This document shows, piece after piece, positions 39,801-50,749 of a stretch of 64,000 nt of DNA. A program made the translations under genes and the position numbers. The stretch is from assembly GCF_964204645.1 (NCBI RefSeq), contig NC_134031.1:4650001-4714000 (forward strand). The letters run 5' to 3'. Origin of the DNA: Tubulanus polymorphus (Eukaryota; Animalia; Nemertea). How positions within the stretch are numbered: the stretch's first letter is position 1; each line of letters starts with the position of its first letter. Below the pieces are notes generated by a model. The model made no database searches, was not told the origin of the DNA, and saw only the letters and a list, made by a program, of their open reading frames with translations.

Positions 39801-41406
39801 TACGGGTGATCGGTATACGCATCACGAGACCGGAACGAGATGAATTTCGTCTGGCGGTCGATCGATTCATGGGTCGCCTGAAACCGATCATAAATCCCAC
39901 AGCGTACGAGGTCACCTATTCGCCGGTGGTCTACAAACAGAATCACGATTCTCCCGAATCCAGGATTCATCTGAACGATCTACACGTGATTGGTATGTGT
40001 TAGAATTTTGTTCAGAATATTAGTCCTTTTTGATTACCGGTGCCTGTCTATAGGACACTCGGTTTTTAATTGTCGCATATTTTTCTTACATTTTGGAAAT
40101 GATCAGTTTTCAACCCGGCCTAGAGGTCAACAAGAGTACCAACTAGACTGCAGGGGTCAGATTCATGTGAAAAATGTGAAGAATTGTGAAGCATAAATGT
40201 CTGCTTCAAAAATCGTGGAAAAAAAACGGAAGAATTCGACAAATTCATGAAAAATAGGATCGTGATCAGTAACCGCTTATGTTGTTATTGTACCTTGATA
40301 TGAGAAAATCTGAACCTGTAAAAGAATTTGAAAAATTCTGGTGTTGCGAAAATTCCAGAGTTCATCAATCTGATCGCTGAGATTCTGATCCAATTTCGTT
40401 GTGTTTCTTGCTTGTGCTGGGATCTTATCCGTAAAGACTAACTAATTATTTACACGTTACGATTGAGCTTTATTTGCGATACGTCCCATGACAATGGCGT
40501 CATTCTCCCATCTCTAAATCATGTGACATATTTTGATTGATTCATACAAAACATTCCTCTTTTCCTCTTTCAAGATTTTGAATTTAATTGATCGAGAGCA
40601 ATCTATGTTACTCCCTGCATTCCTCGGCAATTGGAACTATGAGATACAATCCCTTGAAACTGTACCATATTTTCATGGAGATTAATACCAGGATCGTTGC
40701 CCGCATTCTACAGCATGTTGTGTTTCTTGCTCGTCCAGGGGCCAGTTGCATAGTCATGGCTTAGACTTAAGACCAGTCTAAGACCAACTTAGTTCTATAG
40801 CCAATCTAACAACCTGAGACCAGTCTGAAGATTTAAGACCACTTTTGGACTTAAGTCACGACTGTGCAACTGGCCCCTGGGGTCTTATCCTTAAGCTTCG
40901 GCAGTAGATAAAGACTGACCAATAGATATGCACGGTGTTACGACCAAGTTTTATTTGTGTTATGTCCAATGGCATTCTAAAAATCACATGACATAATTTG
41001 AATGATACCGGGTACGCGTAGTATATAAACGATGTGTGTTGAATGTTGCAGAGATTAAAATAAAGAGGTGCTATGACGCACTATACTGCTGTCACGATGG
41101 AAAGAACTATTCCAGAACGAAAAGTGCCGAAACTATAGAATGCAGCGCTCAGGTTTGTGCATAGTACATCAAATAACGGTGTCTCCAGCAGTTGAAATTG
41201 GTTCAATAACCATAGATTCACTTAGAACTCACAAATTTGTTTTTTTTTTTTAGGCCGTGCGTGAACGAGCATTAGCGATTGCAGAAGACAAGTGGGGTGC
41301 TGAAGTGGTTCAGCTGCGGCAAGAAATTGCCGCATTAAAAACGATGATTGAAGATTGTCGAAAAGATTCAAAACCGAAGAAATTCGTGCCAAATAAGATT
41401 ACGTAG
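33882..41406 (+). CDS. ARM-repeat / Tudor / Schlafen(AlbA_2, SLFNL1-like) fusion protein, 837 aa. 13 exons: 33882-34698, 35075-35243, 35343-35506, 35988-36074, 36458-36622, 37293-37424, 37865-38012, 38110-38218, 38762-38885, 39103-39216, 39762-39992, 41052-41152, 41254-41406
   Basis: All introns GT-AG, phases consistent (1,2,1,1,1,1,2,0,1,1,1,0), total 2514 nt ending ACG TAG. Tudor: VEVTFVVDGCSFWAQL...GYARGIV...VFTLDYG...PQAVFCRLNG. ARM: ASNVIGSIAAQSSLREKVAQKGALKLML and SLGAIVNILYNCLDNKNMFLGLDGL. AlbA_2: VCGFLNSGITGSIYFGI...VIGI...RLAVDRFMGRLKPII. Confidence 0.9.
34666..35506 (+). other. Extended-Tudor domain coding region (end of exon 1 to exon 3)
   Basis: N-terminal strands YVDVEVTFVVDGCSFWAQL, helix, barrel with YARG and DYG motifs, closing PQAVFCRLNG motif. 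Confidence 0.85.
35529..35869. mobile_element. Degenerate hAT-like MITE
   Basis: CAGGGT...ACCCTG termini with several internal AAGTGCTT subterminal repeats; no clear TSD. Confidence 0.6.
36897..37185. mobile_element. Inverted-repeat element with degenerate Penelope-type hammerhead motif
   Basis: Arm 36897-36950 is an inverted copy of ~37130-37185; + strand tct-CTGAAAA-T-GAAGTT...AATTTC-GAAAC-TGTC-aga. Confidence 0.55.
37515..37742. mobile_element. hAT-like MITE family E
   Basis: AGGGTGGCCACT...AGTGGCCACCCTG TIRs with TCAGGGAA subterminal repeats; related copies at 39377 (partial) and 48482-48735 (inverted). Confidence 0.8.
38870..41300 (+). other. Schlafen/AlbA_2 domain coding region (exons 9-13)
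   Basis: YYVQGLLVNFKHDEKNEII / EKIVCGFLNSG-ITGSIYFGIAKELRVIGI / RDEFRLAVDRFMGRLKPIINPTAYEVTYSPV / HVIEIKIK / LYCCHDGKNYSRT follow the AlbA_2 motif order as recalled for SLFNL1. Confidence 0.85.
40739..40876. mobile_element. Harbinger-like MITE family A, best-preserved copy (138 bp)
   Basis: TIRs GGGCCAGTTGCA / TGCAACTGGCCC, flanks CAG and CTG; an empty paralogous site exists near 40415. Confidence 0.92.
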
Positions 41407-41460
41407 TTGAATAATGATAAACATAGCTATGTAGACTGCCTTCAGTATTACAGTATAATG

Positions 41461-41640
41461 TTATCAAGTTTTTGTAACGAACAAGCTTTTTTAAAAAGAA
41501 ATGCATTTAATTAACCCAAGAAACCATAAGTATTCCGTAAGTGCGTAGCATTATATGTTTGAATGATGATATGTTGCAATGTAGTTTTATATTATCAAGT
41601 TTTCGTAATGAAGAAGCTTTTTAAAAAGAAATGCATTTTA
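41461..41640. repeat. Duplicated ~48-bp segment in 3' UTR
   Basis: TTATCAAGTTTT..TAA.GAA.AAGCTTTTT..AAAAAGAAATGCATTT at ~41461 and ~41592. Confidence 0.85.
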
Positions 41641-43110
41641 TAGAATGAAATATGTTCGTTTTAAATTGTCGTTGAACAAGTTGGGGAGGAGATCACTTAT
41701 TATGGGTATAAGTTGCCTGGTCAAACCGTTAATTAATGCGATGAAATGGTGAGCATTAAGACCAAAGAAGGATTTTTTATCAGGTGAAGGACTTGCAGGA
41801 GACAAGGTTTTTTTCAACTTGACTACCGGTATGCTATGTTGGTTGACTAACAGTGAATGACATACCCTCTATATCTGTATGGTAAATCCCTGATTATCTC
41901 ACGATGTCAAGTCCCTAGCAGTGGTTGGTAAACAAACTTTGACATCACTAGAAAAACCCTTGTAATGGGGCAATGAATATTGGAACTGAGGGATCAAGGA
42001 CTGAGTTTAATTAGGTCAGTTCTACAGTAACTCGCCTTACTCTGACATGGCCAACTCAATTCGGATGAAAATGAAATAATTTTCTGACATTCTAACCTAT
42101 TGTCCTATCCATAACTCAAGACTGCTTACGTCGGGCCGAGTTTGTCTGAGAAAAAGGTGGTTAACTTATCGTGGCGATGATTAAGGTCCAAAGGGGTTGG
42201 CTACAGAGGAACGACGAGGCCATGACTCGAGGAATTCATATCCTGTAATCACTGGCCAGTTATACTTAAACATCGACAAAGATATATCACTTGATGTACC
42301 TGTTTTATTTGTTTTCAAACAATTCCGTTTATCATACGTTCTACATGTATAATCTACAGTTATATACTTGTTCTAACGAACAAAATGCATCACAATTAAA
42401 ATGCATATGGCTTCTTGCAACAGGAGGTCGAAAGCGAAAATTGCCTTTGACCAAAAAATAGTTTCCTGAAATATCGGTATTTTCTTCCTTTCGCAACCAC
42501 AAATCGACCCGAATAAATATGTTGTATTCCTTTTCAATTAAGCTTGAAGTTCTTATAACACTTACACGTCTGCATAGAATCTGTAGTAACCCATGTTGTA
42601 AACAAAGGCCATCTAATCTACCTATCATAAAATATCATATCGGTGGTGGTAGTAGTAGTATTTACAGATAAATTAATCTAGTTATAATAAAGTTTACATA
42701 GTTTAATCGATAATATATTATAATACTGAGGTATGTACATCATTTACACATTACTGTACAAATTCATGAGTATATATTATTACTTGACCACAACACAAGA
42801 GTTTATATTGTTTATGATACAATGTAGTCGTCGTGAAGAATTATATTTGAGTTTCTTTACACAGAATTTTTATAGATTTCAAATATAGTCGGAGCAGCTT
42901 TATCTGTATTTATTTATGAAAGCTATGGTTAGATAAATATTAAGGAAATACATTAAAAAATTTCTTTCATTGAGCATGCATTTTTTGTTCTTACAAAAAT
43001 TATCTTTATCGTGTTTAGATAATTAACGAAATATAGCAAATGTGAATCAAGCTAAAAATCACACAAATATAGGTCACAGCCTTCACAAAATCGAATAGAA
43101 ATATAGAGTA

Positions 43111-43290
43111 TCATATAGAGAAACCACTGTTATTGCTTTTTTCTTACGTTTCGGATGGAATCCTTCCACCCATCTTCAGAGTTTATTTCAAAAACTCATT
43201 TCAAAAGATGGGTGGAAAGATTCCTACTGAAACGTAAGTAAAAAAACAATAACAGTTGTTTAAATTGATAATGTGGGTTTCTCTAAATGA
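43111..43290. mobile_element. Palindromic element with an inverted pair of Penelope-type minimal hammerhead motifs
   Basis: Long imperfect inverted repeat. Minus strand act-CTGAAGA-T-GGGTGGAA-gga-TTCCATCC-GAAAC-GTA-ag (43179-43145); degenerate copy on + at ~43202-43239. Confidence 0.7.
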
Positions 43291-45191
43291 TATATACATC
43301 AAGACTGGGAATAGTTTTTACTATTTACAATTTAGAAACTTGGAGCTTTGATAATGTGCAGTAGATAAGAATGACATCGTTCATTTCTATTCTTCACGGG
43401 CCATCAGAAGCCAAGTAATGAACTTTGGTCAATTACCATTGACAAACTGTTGTTAATTAGAGACAAAATTAGTTCATTTTCAACCATTTCGACCGTACAG
43501 TCGAATTTACGTAACTCACAAACTATGAACAAGGTTGGCCTACAGGCAGGATCTAGTTTAAAAGAAAGTTAAAAACGAATACGTTCTGGACCCGGTTTCA
43601 CGGTACTAATCCGGATTGATTCGAACTTTCAAATTCAGTGAAATGAATATGTGTACGCCTACCAACTTATAGTCATAATCTCGTTTTGTGAAACTAGCTC
43701 CCTACCTAGGAGTTAAGTAACAACCATTCTGTACAAGCAACCCTGGACCCAGTTTCATGAAAAGGATGAACTTTTAAATCAATTTAATATTTATTATTAA
43801 TTCAAGTATCTTATAGCCATTTAGGAGTTGATAATGTTTGCGACACTGGCCCCTGGGCTGATTTTAAAAGTGCCAAAATATTGCACCAAACCTCTATCAC
43901 ACATGCCGGTAATATACAAATATGCTACGCAATCGAGTACATCTATACACAACAGGCATTCTTTCACACTCCATCGTAGAAGAATATCACAGGCAAAATA
44001 AGCAGTTTGTGACAAAAATACCTCACTCAACAACACAGTCAAAAAGCATTTCTTTAAAAAAATCATTTACGAGCAGAAAGAATAATTACTTCCAAGAACC
44101 ATAACTTCCCTCTGGAAGACTTGACTTCTGAAACCAGCACGCATTTTTTTCATTTTGTATGTTTACCCGCAGTATATGTGATACTGTACTGCGCCATCTT
44201 ATCTTTTCGGTCTTGGTTAATTTTGATGCAGCTGAATCCAGTTCCACGATACCTCTTAGTTACATATCAATTTTAACAAGGAATTGTCAAACTGGATTCA
44301 AAAGATCAACAACCGAATAATTTTTTCTCCGCAAAAGCAATATCTGGTTTATTTGAAATTATGTCTTATATATCTATAGGATTTAAATCGATAATATCGA
44401 TTCTGTACGAGTTAAGCGCAGTTTACAAACTGGATGAAAATATCTAAAGCGCCGTAATGAAGCCCCATGAATAACCACAGCATAGCATGATAGCACGAAC
44501 CATATCCGACGTACCCGTGCTGGTAATTGTTTGAACAACTGCGAAGAATTACGACAATAATAGCAGTTAACACTGACAATGAAAATCACCCAGTAGCAGT
44601 TAGCCCAATGCTTGCATTAAATGTACATGTATAAATATACATACACATTTCATCTACAAAAATACGATCCTATATACTGGTCTCAGAAAGGTCACTTCTT
44701 TTTTAATTACGATAAAATTTGCCAAGTGTCAAAATAGTTGTCATGTTAACATGTGCTGCATAGAAAAATATGTTGTGCGAAATTTCAAAATAATTTTTTT
44801 TCTTCATGATTAACATACTAACAAATGAGCAGACTCTTTTCGTAAAATGATAACATACAGCAGGGCCCAGTGGCAAAGTTGTAAGTCTGTTGAAAACCAG
44901 TCCAAGGCAGTCTTAGTTCAATTACCACTCGTACAACTTAAGACCATTTTTCGACTTAAGTCTGCGTCGTAATAGTTTCGAATAAATTTCAACCAGGAAT
45001 AAACGTTAACTTTGATGCTTATTTACAGTATGAAGGAGTTTTTTCATGTCGACAAACTTTTCATTTAAATGAACTAGATTAATTTCTTAATGAGACTAGC
45101 ATTTCCACACATAGTTGATATACACACACACACACACACGCGCATCGTAAAATGCCCTAATTCTATAGCGGTATTATGCCGAACAAGGTTT

Positions 45192-48100
45192 TTAGGTACC
45201 AGCATTTTCCGGTTCCGGGGCAGACGTAAAGCTTTTCCGTCGCATCATCAATTTTTCGGGATCGTTCGAAGCCATATTCGTAAAATCGCGGAAGACATCG
45301 TTGAACGTTGCATCGCCTGCGGTGAAAGTTTTGAAATACATAGACAGTGAAAATATCAAAATCTCGCAAAACTCATCGACCGATATTAGAGAACTTACCA
45401 GGAGTTCCAAACAGACCTTCTGTTTCTTTCATTTCTTCGTTTAATTTTGCTAACCTTAGTCTTTGAAAATGAAGAATGAAATCGTTTTAAAAATTTCAAA
45501 AGTGAAAGTTGTGAAACGCAACAATCAGGAGCCAGTTTTATACAGAAGAGCTCTCAATCAGTTTCTACTTGCTTGAACACTGTACTTACAGAGTGACTAT
45601 ATCTGCATCTGCGGAATTCATCGCGATCGCCAATGGATCAAAACCCTCTCCATTCACTGCATGTTGATTGGCTCCGCGTTTTAGAAACTGACACACTTGC
45701 CTACGATTATACAATAAAAAACGAAAATTTAGATTTTCCTTTCGCCGATTTCTATTTGGAGCAAATCTATGAAACTTACCCGGTATGTCCGAGCAGAGTC
45801 GCGTGATGGAGCGGAGTTTGCCCTTGTTGATCTTTCACGTTCAGTTTAGCACCATTTAGAATGAGAAATTCACACGCCGACAGTGAACCCTAAATCAAAT
45901 ATTGAAATATAAGTTTCAACTGGTTGTAGGGCAATTTTCGATAGCCGGAGATCAGCAATATTTGTCCAGAAAAACAACTGCATTTGTAATTTCCAATACG
46001 TAAAGAATATTTTCAGTTCTAACAGCGCGACCAAGTTCTATAGTTACGTATTCTATCTAAGTCCATAAAGTCAAAGTGAGTTAATTTTCAATGACTTATA
46101 AACTCTGTCATCAAATCTTAAACTGGCGAATTGGTTGCCAAAGTCTCATACGTATTTACATATCAATAACAATTGCGCCTATTGCTACATTATCCAGACT
46201 TTCACAAGATTAATTACAGTAGTTAGCAGTTCAAGTGCAACTGTAAAAAATTTTGAACATTTGATCCATTCTAACTCACACTTTTGACGGCTTGTACGAT
46301 AGAAGTGCGGTCTTCATCGGCCGGATTATTCCAGTTTGGAGAAGCGCTGTGAGCTAATGCTTCTAACATAACCGGTAGATTTCGAGCCTCCGCTGCGCGA
46401 TACAGTAACATGTTTGGATTGAGAGATGTGACGTCCTCCAAAGATGTCGTCGATTTTCTATCTACCTCCACATCTGAGGACACCGACTCCTCAGAACTTT
46501 CCAAATCCATGTCTGAAATTAATCTATGTATTTGAATTGCAGTTTTTGCATGATTCATAAGATTTCTCCAAAGAGAGATTTCAAATATGAAAATCAATTA
46601 AGTAATAAGGCCAGCTTTTTTCATATCTTGTTCCGGTGAACACCAAATTTCAACTGGTTTTGGGCAAGGCACGGAGTCTGGTCTGGAGGTTGGTATGCAA
46701 TTCTAGTGCATTAGATCAAGATCAGTACAGAGGATAAGAAGCCAAAATCAAAGTGGATTTTCAAAAGAAACTTGGTCAGGAACGGGGATTTGAACCCCTG
46801 TATCCACAGCTGAACAATATGCTTGCCATTTGGACCAACTAAATCTTTTACAGGGAGGTTTAATACAACAACAGGCGGAACAAAATAGATATCGAAATGA
46901 TATTGAAATCTTACTTATAATCTAATTCTAAATTTGAACAGACGCGGGGGTTCACCATGAACAAATAACAAAACTCTGGCCTTATGATAAGCAAAGGGAT
47001 AGATATCAATGTCTGATAGATTAAAACATACTTCTAGTGACACTTTCATCAGGTTTAGACGCTGAACCAAACACGATTACATCCTGAGTACTACCACCTA
47101 AACCACTGTCCTCACTTTCACCTAATAGTTACACATACGTTACACATAAATTAGCTATTAGAGAAATAGAACCAGACATGTAATCACCAGGATCCGGTTC
47201 CACAGTTGTGAGCTAACGAGCTAACTCTGAGTTAAAATTATTTCATTTTCAATGTTTCAACTCATAGTCAAATCTTAACTCGGAACTGTGGAACTGGATC
47301 CGGCGACCCATTTCCACAGTTGTGAGATAAGAGTTAGCTCTGTTCATTTTCAAAGAGTCAAATCTTAACTCACAACAGTGGAACTGGGACCAGTAAAACT
47401 GTAAAATACCTAGAGTTAACTGTAATGACGAAGGATCGGGTTTGTTGCTGCTGTGTATTTGAGACTCATCAGCCAACCTCGCGTCCTCGTCGTCGACCAC
47501 CGAACTCGCGTCTACGAATCTATCCGGCGATGTCTTTTCGTCTGGACTCTCCGAGCGGTTGTCCGTCGGAGTGAGCGTTTTCGCCGGAGACTGCTTGCTG
47601 CGACTGCCCGATCGTCGGCGTCGTTTATAAACGCTCCACTTGCGACCGGGTCGCGGCTGGTGCGATTGTTCTGGAGATTTTTCGGGTGTGCGCACGGGCA
47701 GTTTCTGCACGAATGATTTCTGTATGTATTTTGCGCGAATCCAAGCCTCACGAATTTCTCTGAAATGTACAGCCGAATGCAGGCTTCATCTTCACATTAT
47801 TTTTCTTTGTATTTTTTTTCAGGCTATCACTGGGGGATTTATAAGACTAAGCTATCTTTGGTTTTGGTGTATGGTATGATTTTTAAGGCAGGCTGAGGTC
47901 CGACTTGCGACTGCCAGTGACTTGATGTGTTTCTCTGCCAGCGACTATTCCAGTCACACATGTTCCACTCTCTGCGATGCAACATTACCGTCTGTCACAG
48001 TCGTATTCAATATATGCTGCTCTTGCAACTGACAAGAAAGCCACACAACACCATCACTGACTCTCACAATGCAGCCATTTGCAACCAGTTGCAGGTGCCT

Positions 48101-50749
48101 CACAAGCAGTCACAAGTCGACCTGCACAAGCCATTTAGTTTGTCTTACCTGCTGCTGTCACTGGCTGCGCGTTTCGCAATAGTTTCATCAACATTTGCTT
48201 CGTAAATGCGATTAACTACGGTATTACCCAACTCTGACATCACTTTCAACTGTTCTGGTTCCCAGGCGTCCAAGGTTAGTGAACGCACCTTCGACATATG
48301 TACACCGAAACTCCTACAATGTACAAGTTGATTTCGTTAAGCGAGCATCAGAAAAGGCAAAATAGATGACAAAAATGTTGAGGCAACATGTTGATCTCTT
48401 ATTTCTGATCAAAATTGGCACATTCTCTATTTGTTCTGATAGAAATGTCAATTAAGACTTATTTCACTGATTTTCCTTTGCCAGGGTGGCTACTTTCTAA
48501 TCCCTCGAGTTTTCCCTGATTTGTCCATGTTATTACAAAAAATCCCTTGACCGAAATTTCTAGGTTTAAAGTGTTACAATACATTCATTTTTTATTGAAT
48601 CACATAATGATAAAGAAATACATGGTCAATAGCATAATCCAAATTCTCCAGTTTTCCACGATTTTGGCAAAATTTGTTGAATTCCCTGATTTTTTTCTAG
48701 ATTTGTCTGAGTTTTCCAGGTCAGTGGTCAACCTGTTTACAGAAAGATTACTCTAACGGGTAGAAAACTGGATATATTTACCTGTGAATACCAGAACATT
48801 CTATACAAAGAGTTATTCCGAGATTCATACTCGACCACCGCGGATTTTCAGCCTGACAATCGCAGCACATCTCGTTACCGCCGATTTGTAATATCGACGC
48901 CAATCGACTGAAAAATTCATAAGATCAGAAATTTAAAACTAAAATCGAAAATCGAAAATACTTTTTCATCGAGAGATTTCGATCGTAACCTTTTCTTTCC
49001 GATTCTCATAGTAGCTTCGGTAGTAGGCGAATCGGAGGAGGTCGACGGTTCGTCCGCGGTAGAAACGCTCTGAGGTTCCTCGTGGTCCTCGTGATCGGAC
49101 ATGCTTCGCGAATGATCACGATACGCCTTCGACACGGCTGCCTGGATCGCGTTGATCCACATTTGACATTCCTTCTCGGAATCCGCCTGCAGCATGTGGT
49201 ACCTGACGCGAAATGGAAACGAGACTTCGCATGATTGAAAATGCTACCAAAATTTCATCAAATATTTATATCATACAAATTCAGGGGCGGATCCTGAGGC
49301 AGACTTTGACAGGAGCACAAAGAAATGAAAAGGGTATATATACTGATATACTGAAAAAAGGGCAAGTTAAGAGTATTCTGGAAAATCATGAAATTTCAGT
49401 ACATTTTCATATGAGTGACATTTAAGAGAATATAATCTGAATCATGTGCTGTGGACTGCCCTGTCATATTAGTTGTAGGTGAAAAAGTGCCCTGAAAAAA
49501 TTGCCATCGTATTTTTCAAAAGGGCATAGGAAAATTGGGACAGTTTCACGTGCTCCTTGTGCTCCCATCTGGATCCGCCCCTGAAATTGTAAGGAATAAC
49601 TGAAAAATACATTTTTTTCCAAATCTTCAATGAAAATACGAAACCAGAGCTTGATGCAGAGCTGCCATCTAGCATCCAACCCATTCATCTAAACGCAATT
49701 TGTAGTAAAGTTTTTTTACCTTCCAGGAGCGATAACCTCGAAGCAGTATCTACGATCAATCTCGTAAGCCGGTTTCACCGTGCACAAACGTAAATCTTCT
49801 TCCATTATCGTCAGATTGTCTTTACCTCGTTTACGATACACTAACTTGTTGTCTTGTATCATAAACCATCGTCTGAAATATCCATGGAAATCATACAATA
49901 TATTAATCGGGAACGATTTGGAAAAACTGACCGCATTTGTGCTTTTTCGTGTAGCTAACTGGCAGCCCAGATGGAGATATAGGAAATTTGCTTTATCGAA
50001 GCCTCTACAGGAGACAGTTCTATTGCGCAAGGTCTTTCTCTAGCCGCGATCAAACGGAGACGATTTGGCCCGGCTCAGACTAGGGCCAAATTTTGCCCGT
50101 GCCTAATTAGAGAGTGCGTTCACACGCAAACCATTCACTCGATACTAAACAATGCTCAAACAAAGCGAAGTGGATCATTTCCGGCGCCAGTTGCAATTCA
50201 AACGCAATCATTTGTCTGGTGCTAAAATTTGGCTCGGGCCTGGTCCGACGTTTTTGGTCGGGCCAAACAGGCTCGGGCCCATTTGGCACCCGTGTGAACA
50301 GTTGTTCCGGACCAAATTTGGCCCGGGCCAAGAATGCTCGTGTGATTGCGGCTTCTGTCTCTGAGCACAATGGGAATAGCTTGCCAAATGAAACCCGAAA
50401 TATTGATCCATTTTATCTTTTAAACTAAATCAATTAAAACACTTTTATCCAAAGAAGATTCAGTAATTGAAAAGCAATTTGTAATTTTTATGATATGATT
50501 TTTAATATTAAAAGAGATTTTATTGTGTAAAGCCCTTTTAAGCAATAAATTATTACTATTATTATTATCATTATCATTATTTTTATCATGTACTATGACT
50601 GAATGTTAAAATCCTCTAGAAAGCCAAAATACATACCTGACCCACGATTTAAAAGCATTCGTCGTCTTCTTGAAAAGGTAACCCTCCATTTTGATATCTC
50701 CATTTTTGTCGATTTCCGGAGACTGTATCGGTGCGCTGAGGGCTGCCTC
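45192..50749 (-). CDS. ACAP2: ArfGAP with coiled-coil, ankyrin repeat and PH domains (ACAP1/2/3, centaurin-beta family), 3' part, 616 aa. Exons 50637-50749, 49720-49872, 48990-49202, 48782-48907, 48149-48313, 47410-47759, 47032-47121, 46280-46512, 45780-45889, 45590-45700, 45399-45460, 45192-45316
   Basis: PH: MEGYLFKKTTNAFKSWVRRWF...EEDLRLCTVKP...RRYCFEV...LQADSE. ArfGAP: GNEMCCDC...[39 protein letters not shown]...REAWIRAKY. Ankyrin: ACEFLILNGA...TPLHHATLLGHTGQVCQFLKRGA...DIVTLLRLA. C-terminal GDATFNDVFRDF. Phases consistent. The symbol denotes the family; BAR exons were not found in the window. Confidence 0.95.
47191..47390. mobile_element. Two tandem MITE family B copies (47191-47300, ~47305-47390)
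   Basis: GATCCGGTTCCACAGTTGTGAG...ACTGTGGAACTGGATC, then a second similar unit; outer flanks CAG/CAG. Confidence 0.88.
48482..48735. mobile_element. hAT-like MITE family E, inverted relative to 37515-37742
   Basis: CAGGGTGGCTACT ... CCAGGTCAGTGGTCAACCTG, with TTCCCTGA repeats. Confidence 0.75.
49282..49583. mobile_element. MITE with CAGGGGCGGATCC termini
   Basis: Perfect TIR CAGGGGCGGATCC / GGATCCGCCCCTG; related degenerate copies at ~55250-55535, ~57585-57846 and ~59369-59587. Confidence 0.85.
50043..50352. mobile_element. MITE family F (GCCGCGATCA termini)
   Basis: GCCGCGATCAAACG ... CGTGTGATTGCGGC with internal GGGCCAAA/TTTGGCCC repeats; same family as 63168-63419. Confidence 0.8.

Noticed and set aside
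46776-46820. tRNA/SINE B-box-like fragment (GGTTCAAATCC on minus)
   Set aside because: Too short and decayed to call.
48960-48989. Longer ACAP exon ending at 48962 (AAA|gtattt)
   Set aside because: A phase-0 join hits a stop in the ArfGAP exon; the phase-2 donor at 48990 restores the frame.
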